Assembly: GCA_049608925.1 (NCBI GenBank) | Contig: JBMYXZ010000003.1 | Location: 1-42,358 of the forward strand | Reading direction: 5' to 3' | DNA: 42,358 nt | Source of the DNA: Alphaproteobacteria bacterium | GTDB lineage: Bacteria > Pseudomonadota > Alphaproteobacteria > JAGOMX01 | Part shown: positions 26,710 through 34,278 of the stretch, one piece after another | Position numbering within the stretch: the stretch's first letter is position 1 | How the letters are laid out: the number at the start of each line of letters is the position of its first letter | Translations under genes and position numbers: made by a program | The notes under the pieces: generated by a model | The model's database searches: none | What the model was told of the DNA's origin: nothing | Seen by the model: only the letters and a program-made list of their open reading frames with translations

Positions 26710-27707
26710 CGACGCACCTAATCACCGGAGGCGCCGGCTTCATCGGCAGTCACTATTGCCATTATTGGGCAGCGAAATATCCTCAAGATCAGCTGATCGT
26801 ACTTGATAAGCTTACCTATGCTGGACGCTTGGAAAATCTGACCAGCCTAATCAACCAAGGCACGATAACGTTCATAAAAGGAGATATTTGCGACCGAGAA
26901 CTGCTGGCGGAAATATTTGAAAAGCACACAATAGATCAAGTCGTGCACTTTGCTGCGGAATCACACGTAGACCGATCCATTGATGATGCGGATGCCTTCA
27001 TCAAAACCAATGTCTTGGGCACGCAATGCTTACTGGATGCAGCGCGTGCACATAATACCCGTTTTCATCATGTCTCAACCGACGAAGTCTATGGCGCATT
27101 GGGACTGGAAGATCCACCTTTTGCTGAAGGCGCTCCCTATCGCCCCAATTCTCCCTACTCAGCCAGCAAAGCGGCCAGCAATCATCTAGCACGGGCTTAT
27201 CATGTAACTTATGGCTTGCCGGTGACCATCAGCAACTGTTCCAATAATTATGGCTTCCGACAACATGAAGAAAAGCTGATACCCAAGACTATTCACTGCG
27301 TGTTAGAGGGAAAGCCAATTCCTCTGTATGGAGACGGCAAGCATGTACGCGATTGGCTGCACGTCGATGATCATTGCCGGGCGATTGACGCCATTGTCTC
27401 AAGCCCTGAAGCAACGGGAGAATATAACATTGCAGGACACGAGGAGATTCCAAACGTCCAAATCGTCGAGACTATTTGTAAATACATTGAAGAAAAATAC
27501 TCTTTTCCCAACATCCCCAAACCAGCTACAAGCTTGATTACTCCTGTGAAAGATAGGCTAGGTCACGACCGGCGGTATGCGCTGGAGACCCCGCGCATAG
27601 AAAATCAGCTGGGATTTAGGCCTGCGATATCATTCGAAGATGGCATTAAAGAAACGATCGATCAGGTTATTGCCAAGCGCTTAAGCACTGCTTCCGAGCA
27701 ACTCTGA
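26706..27707 (+). CDS. rfbB: dTDP-glucose 4,6-dehydratase
   Basis: GGAGFIGS Rossmann motif, catalytic YSASKAA, and a 4-nt overlap with rfbA. Confidence 0.93.
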   Translation: MTTHLITGGAGFIGSHYCHYWAAKYPQDQLIVLDKLTYAGRLENLTSLINQGTITFIKGDICDRELLAEIFEKHTIDQVVHFAAESHVDRSIDDADAFIKTNVLGTQCLLDAARAHNTRFHHVSTDEVYGALGLEDPPFAEGAPYRPNSPYSASKAASNHLARAYHVTYGLPVTISNCSNNYGFRQHEEKLIPKTIHCVLEGKPIPLYGDGKHVRDWLHVDDHCRAIDAIVSSPEATGEYNIAGHEEIPNVQIVETICKYIEEKYSFPNIPKPATSLITPVKDRLGHDRRYALETPRIENQLGFRPAISFEDGIKETIDQVIAKRLSTASEQL

Positions 27708-28823
27708 CAGGACTGCGTTCAAGCATTGACGGCCCTTATTGGTGGCGGACACACCGTCGCCCTCATAGTGCAAAAAACCACCCGCAACAAGGGACTTAAA
27801 TGTCGGCAACAACTGCACGCGCTTTGCTGTATCCCCCGCCACCCCTTCGGTTAGGCGCAGGCCCATCATCACTGCTTCTTCAAACGCCTCGACACCGGAA
27901 AGCTCCAGGGCTTCTTGCAAACCATGGCCACGGGTGGCCACGTTGTCCAGCCATGTTTGCGGAGCGCGGTAGTTCTTTTGTGCCCGGCCAAGCAACCGCC
28001 CGTGGGCTCCTGGCCCAATCCCCAGATAGTCCTGATAGCGCCAATAAACCAGGTTGTGCTGACATTCTTGCCCTGGACGGGCATGGTTAGACACTTCATA
28101 GGCGGGCATGCCGGCTGCTTCCATAACTTCTTGCGTGGTTTCATACAGGCCGGCGCCACTGTCTTGATCCGGTATTTGAAAATCACCTCGCTGATATTGC
28201 GTATGAAATGCCGTGCCTGGCTCGATCGTCAATTGGTAAAGCGACATATGATCACGCACCAATGGCAGAGCCTCCCTAAGCTCTTGCCCCCATTGTTGTG
28301 GTGTTTGATCGGGGCGAGCATAAATCAGATCAAAAGAATACCGATCAAAAGTTTGCGCTGCGGTCTCTATGGCCTTGATTGCTTCCCCTCGGTCGTGCGC
28401 ACGGCCCAAGAACTTTAAAGCTTCGGGGTATAACGACTGAATCCCCAGTGAAACGCGATTCACCCCTGCTGCACGAAAACTTTGGAACTTTTCGACTTCC
28501 ACCGAATTAGGATTTGCTTCCAATGTTATTTCAACATCTTCTGCACAGGTGAACAAGCCCTGAATATCCTCAATAACCTGTTCAACGGTGGAGGGATCCA
28601 TCAAGGAGGGCGTGCCACCCCCAAAGAACACACTAATCACCTGATGATCCGTGCAAGATTCTGCCCAATGCTGCAGCTCGCGGCGATAGGCCGTACGCCA
28701 CTGATCATGGTCAATCGTCTGTGCTACATGACTGTTAAAGTCACAATAAGGGCACTTTGAAATGCAATAAGGCCAATGGACATAAAGGCCCAGAGGCTTT
28801 CTTACGACGCTTTCTGCTGACAT
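27681..28823 (-). CDS. hemW: Radical SAM heme chaperone HemW (coproporphyrinogen III oxidase-like)
   Basis: The CxxxCxxC motif is present as CISKCPYCDF, with the GGGTPS motif. It sits in the conserved position downstream of rdgB. Confidence 0.9.
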   Translation of the reverse strand: MSAESVVRKPLGLYVHWPYCISKCPYCDFNSHVAQTIDHDQWRTAYRRELQHWAESCTDHQVISVFFGGGTPSLMDPSTVEQVIEDIQGLFTCAEDVEITLEANPNSVEVEKFQSFRAAGVNRVSLGIQSLYPEALKFLGRAHDRGEAIKAIETAAQTFDRYSFDLIYARPDQTPQQWGQELREALPLVRDHMSLYQLTIEPGTAFHTQYQRGDFQIPDQDSGAGLYETTQEVMEAAGMPAYEVSNHARPGQECQHNLVYWRYQDYLGIGPGAHGRLLGRAQKNYRAPQTWLDNVATRGHGLQEALELSGVEAFEEAVMMGLRLTEGVAGDTAKRVQLLPTFKSLVAGGFLHYEGDGVSATNKGRQCLNAVLSELLGSSA

Positions 28824-29401
28824 GCTTTTACTATAGCCTCGATGGCCCGGCTTCGGTGAGAATGTGCCAGCTTAATCTTGCTGGTCTCGGACAGCTCAGC
28901 ATAAGTTTGGTCATACCCTTCCGGCACAAAAATCGGATCATATCCAAACCCTACTTTGCCGCGCGGAGGAAAGCTTAAATGGCCATCAATGCGCCCTTCA
29001 TAAAACTGCACATCCTGGCCAGGCAGCTTCAAGGCCATCATACAAATGAAATAGCAAGCGTGATCTTTACCTTGCAGCAGTTCTTCAAGCTTGGCAAAAG
29101 CCTGAGGATAGCCGCCCTGCTCCATTGCCCAAGGATTGGTATCTACCCCCGGCATGCCGCCAAGCGCTGGAATAACCAGCCCAGAGTCATCTGCCAAGGT
29201 TGGCATATTTGTCTCAGCGAATCCATGCTCGGCCTTAATTGCGGCGTTATCTTCAAACGTATTGCCAGTCTCTTCCACAGTAGAAATCTCAAGCTCTTTT
29301 ACCGATAGCACCTCTAGATCAAGAGGCGCCAAAAGCAACTTCATCTCGGCAATCTTATGATCATTATGGCTAGCGAGAACTAGTTTCGAGCCAATCTGCA
29401 T
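28802..29401 (-). CDS. rdgB: Non-canonical purine NTP pyrophosphatase (RdgB/HAM1 family)
   Basis: LASHNDHKIAEM, ETGNTFEDNA, DDSGL and GFGYDPIF motifs. Confidence 0.9.
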   Translation of the reverse strand: MQIGSKLVLASHNDHKIAEMKLLLAPLDLEVLSVKELEISTVEETGNTFEDNAAIKAEHGFAETNMPTLADDSGLVIPALGGMPGVDTNPWAMEQGGYPQAFAKLEELLQGKDHACYFICMMALKLPGQDVQFYEGRIDGHLSFPPRGKVGFGYDPIFVPEGYDQTYAELSETSKIKLAHSHRSRAIEAIVKACQQKAS

Positions 29402-29402
29402 G

Positions 29403-30131
29403 TTATTTGCTCCGCGCTTTTACCAGTGCTTTGTCTTGCAGACTTGTAATTATCTCGACACCTTCTTTGGCCAGATCAAACAAGGCCTGAAAGTGCTCGC
29501 CTTTCATCGGCAGTTCTTCACCGGTTGCTTGGATTTCAACAATTCCCATATCACCGGTCAGGACAAAGTTCGCATCAGCGGCGGCGTTGCTATCCTCTGG
29601 ATAGTCAAGATCCAGAACCGGCACTTGGTTGAACACGCCACAAGAAACAGCCGCTACCTGGTTTAAGATAGGGAAAGTCTCGAACTTTCCTTGGTCTTGT
29701 ATTCTTTTACAAGCCAAAAACAAAGCTACATAGCTGCCAGAAATTGCAGCCGTACGCGTACCGCCATCAGCTTGCAACACATCACAATCAATGCGAATTT
29801 GGCGCTCACCAAGAGCGCGCAAGTTCGTGATTGATCGCAAGGATCTGCCAATCAAACGCTGAATTTCTTGTGTTCTGCCAGACTGTTTACCTCTGCTGGC
29901 TTCACGATCAGTACGCTGAGCCGTTGCGCGTGGAAGCATGCCATATTCAGCAGTGATCCAACCTTTACCAGAATCGCGCATGAAGATTGGCACGCGTTCT
30001 TCCACTGTGGCATTACATAATACATGGGTATTGCCAAACTTTACTAAGCATGACCCCTCTGCATGGGGCGTAAAGCCAGTTTCAAATGATATATCACGAA
30101 GTTGATTGGGGGCTCGACCAGACGGACGCAT
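29403..30131 (-). CDS. rph: Ribonuclease PH
   Basis: MRPSGRAPNQLR...AEGSCLVKFGNTHVLC...GRTQEIQRLIGRSLR...DCDVLQADGGTRTA. Confidence 0.95.
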   Translation of the reverse strand: MRPSGRAPNQLRDISFETGFTPHAEGSCLVKFGNTHVLCNATVEERVPIFMRDSGKGWITAEYGMLPRATAQRTDREASRGKQSGRTQEIQRLIGRSLRSITNLRALGERQIRIDCDVLQADGGTRTAAISGSYVALFLACKRIQDQGKFETFPILNQVAAVSCGVFNQVPVLDLDYPEDSNAAADANFVLTGDMGIVEIQATGEELPMKGEHFQALFDLAKEGVEIITSLQDKALVKARSK

Positions 30132-30258
30132 AGCACAAAAAATCCTTATTTATTACTGTGGTAAAACATTTACACGATTCCGTAACAGAAAGAAAGTCTT
30201 GAATTAAGCGGTCATCATGTTACATAAGCTATAAGAGATAATTTTCACGAGGCCAAAG

Positions 30259-30813
30259 ATGATGGAAGAAATGAAAGCACAAGACGACATTCTAGAAAAT
30301 GAAGAAGCGCTTGAAGATGACGAACAGCCCGAAGAAAACGACGTTGATTCTGAAATCAAAGAGATAAAAGATCAGCTACTGCGCTCGCTTGCCGAGGCTG
30401 AAAACGTACGTCGTCGTGCAGCTCGTGAAAAAGAGGATGCTCTTAAATATGCGATCACGCAATTTGCGCGTGACCTGCTTCCTGTATCAGACAACCTGCG
30501 CCGTGCGATTGAATCCATGCCAGAGGAAAGCCGCGAAGGCCTGTCGAAAGAGGTTCTGTCTTTTATCGATGGCGTTGTCATGACAGAAAAAGAGCTGCTG
30601 ACTGCTTTTGAAAAACATGGCATCGAGAAGATCCATGAAACAGGTGTTGAATTTGATCACGAGCAGCATCAAGCCATGTTTGAAATTGAAACAAATGAGC
30701 ATGCGCCTGGAACTATCGTTGAAATGATGCAGGCAGGCTACAAGCTGAAAGACCGCTTGCTGCGCCCAGCAATGGTTGGCGTTGCCAAAGCGCAAGCCAA
30801 CCCTGAATCATAA
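30259..30813 (+). CDS. grpE: Nucleotide exchange factor GrpE
   Basis: Acidic N-terminus, coiled coil LRSLAEAENVRRRAARE, and C-terminal GYKLKDRLLRPAMV. Confidence 0.93.
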   Translation: MMEEMKAQDDILENEEALEDDEQPEENDVDSEIKEIKDQLLRSLAEAENVRRRAAREKEDALKYAITQFARDLLPVSDNLRRAIESMPEESREGLSKEVLSFIDGVVMTEKELLTAFEKHGIEKIHETGVEFDHEQHQAMFEIETNEHAPGTIVEMMQAGYKLKDRLLRPAMVGVAKAQANPES

Positions 30814-30838
30814 GTTAAGGCACTTTACCCCCTGGAAT

Positions 30839-31495
30839 TTAGGAATAGATGCTTCTAAATTTCTTTTTGTCTTCTGCTGATTGCATCTGTTTTCCCTGCT
30901 GCTTTATGTTATCGGTATACCAGCGAACAACATAACGCAGCAGTTCATCTTGATTGTCGAATAAATCTAGATCCTGCACTCCATGCTCGCGGCATTCTGC
31001 AGGATTGAATAACAACGTGAAATGTAATACGGCATGTTTGTGCTGGAAAGGGCATTCAGTCAAAACCATTTCATCTACCCCTTTAAAGGAAACAATATCT
31101 CGGTTTTTCTTTTGCTCGGGATCGGCTAGTTTGCCGTCCAAAATTATAGATTGTAAATTCTTCAACTCGTCGGTTAAGTCGCTTTCATCGGACCAATCAT
31201 CATTTGCAGCACCTGCGGCATGATAGTCATCTACCTGCTGCTTTATCCGCTTCATCATAATTTTCCAGGCTTTTATATCGCTATCTAGATAGGCAATATT
31301 TGTAAAGTGTAGCTTGCTGGTGTTTTGCGGTACGTTATCAACTTGCAGCCCAAGAAGGCCAATATTTCCCTCCTTAAACTTTGTCTGAAAGGAAAAAGAT
31401 TTTTTAAAAACGTCTTCGTCGTATTTGAAACTGCTGGCGTATGAGGCTGCCAGAGATGAAAGCCCTAAAAGGATTGCACAGAACATTATTCTCAT
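30839..31495 (-). CDS. Hypothetical secreted protein (ORFan)
   Basis: Signal peptide MRIMFCAILLGLSSLAASYASS, AT-rich coding sequence, and no recognisable domain. Confidence 0.55.
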   Translation of the reverse strand: MRIMFCAILLGLSSLAASYASSFKYDEDVFKKSFSFQTKFKEGNIGLLGLQVDNVPQNTSKLHFTNIAYLDSDIKAWKIMMKRIKQQVDDYHAAGAANDDWSDESDLTDELKNLQSIILDGKLADPEQKKNRDIVSFKGVDEMVLTECPFQHKHAVLHFTLLFNPAECREHGVQDLDLFDNQDELLRYVVRWYTDNIKQQGKQMQSAEDKKKFRSIYS

Positions 31496-31537
31496 TATTT
31501 CCCCCGTTCTTTGTGTCCAGGGGTATTACAGCCCAGA

Positions 31538-31566
31538 AGGTCATAAGAATTGGTATCTTATGACCT
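31538..31566 (-). terminator. Perfect 11-bp stem / 7-nt loop hairpin between two minus-strand genes (possible terminator or attenuator)
   Basis: AGGTCATAAGA-attggta-TCTTATGACCT. The T-run after it on the minus strand is only weak. Confidence 0.3.
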
Positions 31567-31605
31567 AATTATGGTTAATGAGTTCGTATACAGATGGTTA
31601 ATGGC

Positions 31606-31746
31606 TTACTTTACGAATTGATCTGTTGAAAATACCTTCGTAACCTCGACCGTTGGGGCAGGAATACCCCATTTTGCTAATGCAATTGCACCACAAATTA
31701 TGCCTAAAAACACCAATCCCCACAAAATTTTCACTGTTGTGGCCAT
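31606..31746 (-). CDS. Small (46 aa) single-pass membrane protein
   Basis: MATTVKILWGLVFLGIICGAIALAKWGIPAPTVEVTKVFSTDQFVK. GAGGGAG Shine-Dalgarno lies 9 nt upstream of the ATG at 31746, so the longer ORF-track start (31806) is less likely. Confidence 0.45.
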   Translation of the reverse strand: MATTVKILWGLVFLGIICGAIALAKWGIPAPTVEVTKVFSTDQFVK

Positions 31747-31911
31747 TTTTTCACTACTCCCTCTTGCATCCTGCGTTAAACGTAGTAGATTAAGTATGTG
31801 AGACAATATTATATATTTGTCTCGTACCCTGCAATCTATTTCACATGCAATGTGATAGAATGCAAGGGGTGTTCATGTTTTTTGTATGCAACAACACATA
31901 TACTGGAAAAG

Positions 31912-32487
31912 ATGCGAGATTTTGAAAATTCGATACCTAGAACTATTGTCCTGATTGGGATGATGGGCGTTGGCAAGACGAGTATTGGTAGGAAACTAGC
32001 CAAGCGCCTGGATGTTGAATTCAAAGACTCTGATCAGGCAGTGGAAGATGCTGCTAAATGTACGATCGCAGATATCTTTGAAATCTATGGTGAAAAAGCC
32101 TTTAGAGATGTTGAATATCGGGTTATCTCTCGCCTTTTGGGGGAGAAAGTCCACGTATTAGCAACTGGGGGATCTGCTTTTGCCGATCCAGAAACCCAGA
32201 AACTGATTAAGGAGCGTGGTATTTCAATCTGGCTAAAGGCCGATTACGAAACACTACTGCCGCGTATTGAACGCCGAGACCACAGACCACAATTTGGTGA
32301 TGGTGATGTTGGGGAACAGCTACAAGAGCTTATAGACAAGTACTCTCCGCATTATGACAAAGCTGATATCAAGGTTGATTGTAACGACACGTCTCCCGAA
32401 GCAACGGCGAATAAAATCATTCTAGAGCTAAATCGCTTTGTCTCGAAAATACAGTCCAGTGGGGGACAGAAAATCCACCATGTCTAA
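31912..32487 (+). CDS. aroK: Shikimate kinase
   Basis: IVLIGMMGVGKTSIGRKLA Walker A, FKDSD, and the GEKAFRDVE motif. The start was moved to MRDFENS (31912), because the ORF-track extension is Cys/Phe-rich and looks non-native. Confidence 0.88.
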   Translation: MRDFENSIPRTIVLIGMMGVGKTSIGRKLAKRLDVEFKDSDQAVEDAAKCTIADIFEIYGEKAFRDVEYRVISRLLGEKVHVLATGGSAFADPETQKLIKERGISIWLKADYETLLPRIERRDHRPQFGDGDVGEQLQELIDKYSPHYDKADIKVDCNDTSPEATANKIILELNRFVSKIQSSGGQKIHHV

Positions 32488-33262
32488 GGCTGCCCTGCTT
32501 AAATGGTATCAAGACATCGGCGTTGATGAAGTTATCAGCGATACAGCTGCAGTTAAAGACGCTTCTTTCTTGGCAAAGAAAAAGCCAGCTGCAAAGCCAG
32601 TTCCTGAGACTCCTGCAGCACCTCAGCAGACACCCCAGCGCATGACACCCGCAAAAAAGGCGTCTGAAGAGTCGCGTGTATTGGCTAATAAAGCCAAAAG
32701 CCTGCCTGATTTAAAACAGATTTTATCTGATTTCGATGGGTGCTCGCTGAAAAAGACCGCAACCAACCTGGTATTTGGTGATGGCAACCCGGACTCTGAT
32801 ATCATGTTTATCGGTGAAGCCCCCGGCGCGGAAGAGGACCTACAAGGCCTACCATTCGTTGGGCAAAGCGGGCAACTGCTAGATAAGATGTTGTCTTTTA
32901 TCGGCCTTGATCGCACTAAATATTATATCTCTAATACCATTCCCTGGCGTCCGCCGGGCAATCGCGCGCCTACGACTGGCGAGCTTGCTGCTTGTCTACC
33001 TTTCCTGGAACGCCACATTGAGCTGGTAAACCCAAAGGTTATTGTCCTGGTCGGCGGCATTGCCACCAAGAATTTGTTGGGTGGCAGCAACGGTATTATG
33101 AAGTTGCGCGGTAAGTTTTATGACTACCAAACCCAGGGAATGACCACTCCTGTGAAGGTCTTTCCCATTTATCATCCTTCATTCTTACTAAGATCCCCAG
33201 GACAAAAGCGCGTTGTCTGGGGCGACTTACTGACATTGAAACACACGCTCGGCTGCAAATGA
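32480..33262 (+). CDS. Uracil-DNA glycosylase, family 4, with about 90-aa N-terminal extension
   Basis: GEAPGAEEDLQGLPFVGQSGQLL motif, and HPSFLLR near the C-terminus. The start at MSKAALLKWY overlaps the aroK stop by 8 nt. Confidence 0.88.
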   Translation: MSKAALLKWYQDIGVDEVISDTAAVKDASFLAKKKPAAKPVPETPAAPQQTPQRMTPAKKASEESRVLANKAKSLPDLKQILSDFDGCSLKKTATNLVFGDGNPDSDIMFIGEAPGAEEDLQGLPFVGQSGQLLDKMLSFIGLDRTKYYISNTIPWRPPGNRAPTTGELAACLPFLERHIELVNPKVIVLVGGIATKNLLGGSNGIMKLRGKFYDYQTQGMTTPVKVFPIYHPSFLLRSPGQKRVVWGDLLTLKHTLGCK

Positions 33263-34266
33263 TAGCTGCGAAAACCATCAAAGTTCTATTGTTGATGGTG
33301 CTGCCGATCTTGGCATCTTGTACTCACATATCGCAATTTGACAAGACCAAGGAAGCACAGCTTTATCAGCACATTGCTAATGAGCTTAAACACCAGAATG
33401 CTGTCCATCTGAAAGAATGCAATTGCATGAAGGCATTTTTCAGAAACCTCTTTAATAAGCCAGACAACACTGCCAGGTATGCTTTTGACCGAAAAGTTGG
33501 CCGCCATGCAACCGATATAGCAACACACAAAGATACCGTGAATGTTTTAGCTATTGGTTCTGGGACTTTGCTGAACGAGCTTACAGCACTCTCCAATATC
33601 ATTGCACGTGGCAAAAACCTCAATATCTATATCACCGATTATGCTTATATTTTTTACGGAGTTGAGGAATTTGAAAGCAAGGCTATCCATCTTGCTAAGC
33701 ATCCACAGGACCGCCCTGTTCGCTGGAATGAACTATTTGTTTGGAATACTTACAAGAAAAACAAAAAGTCCTTCTTGCCGCTTTTCCACAAACACCATGC
33801 AGCTATTGAAGAGTTTAAAGCTTTAGTCTCCAGACTGGGCAAGCGCTATGGCGTAAAAACTTCAGTGACTGTTTTAAAACCACCTAAAGAAGCTCCTCTG
33901 CAACTTCCGCCACTTGATATGATCATAGCGGTGGATGCTTACATAGATGTACCAAACTTGATGTGGAACTTTTTTTACGCAGCCCAAGCGCATGACACTG
34001 GCGCTATCCGTTTCGTTGCATTGAATAAAAGCAAGCCTTACGGTGGATTTTGGGAGTCCAACAAGCAGAAGGAAAAAGAAAAATTTTCCCTCGAACCGGT
34101 GTCAATTTCTGTATACGAGGTCACGAGCAATGGGCAAGAGTATGGAAGCTTCAAGAGTATTGAGCACATAACCCTTGAAGCCAACCAAAAGCAACTTTTG
34201 ACTGCACCCAAATTTGATGGCAAGCCAGATTGTGACTGCACGCAAAGCCCGTTGGACATAAACTAA
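33259..34266 (+). CDS. Hypothetical lipoprotein (ORFan)
   Basis: Lipobox LPILASC after a hydrophobic leader, and a 4-nt overlap with the UDG stop. An internal VLAIGSGTLLNE ... IYITDY stretch is faintly Rossmann-like. Confidence 0.6.
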   Translation: MIAAKTIKVLLLMVLPILASCTHISQFDKTKEAQLYQHIANELKHQNAVHLKECNCMKAFFRNLFNKPDNTARYAFDRKVGRHATDIATHKDTVNVLAIGSGTLLNELTALSNIIARGKNLNIYITDYAYIFYGVEEFESKAIHLAKHPQDRPVRWNELFVWNTYKKNKKSFLPLFHKHHAAIEEFKALVSRLGKRYGVKTSVTVLKPPKEAPLQLPPLDMIIAVDAYIDVPNLMWNFFYAAQAHDTGAIRFVALNKSKPYGGFWESNKQKEKEKFSLEPVSISVYEVTSNGQEYGSFKSIEHITLEANQKQLLTAPKFDGKPDCDCTQSPLDIN

Positions 34267-34278
34267 AACTAGCTGCCA

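Noticed and set aside
30132-30258. Search for a CIRCE heat-shock operator upstream of grpE
   Set aside because: No TTAGCACTC-N9-GAGTGCTAA-like inverted repeat is present. Only a weak sigma-32-like motif was found, and it is reported as low confidence.
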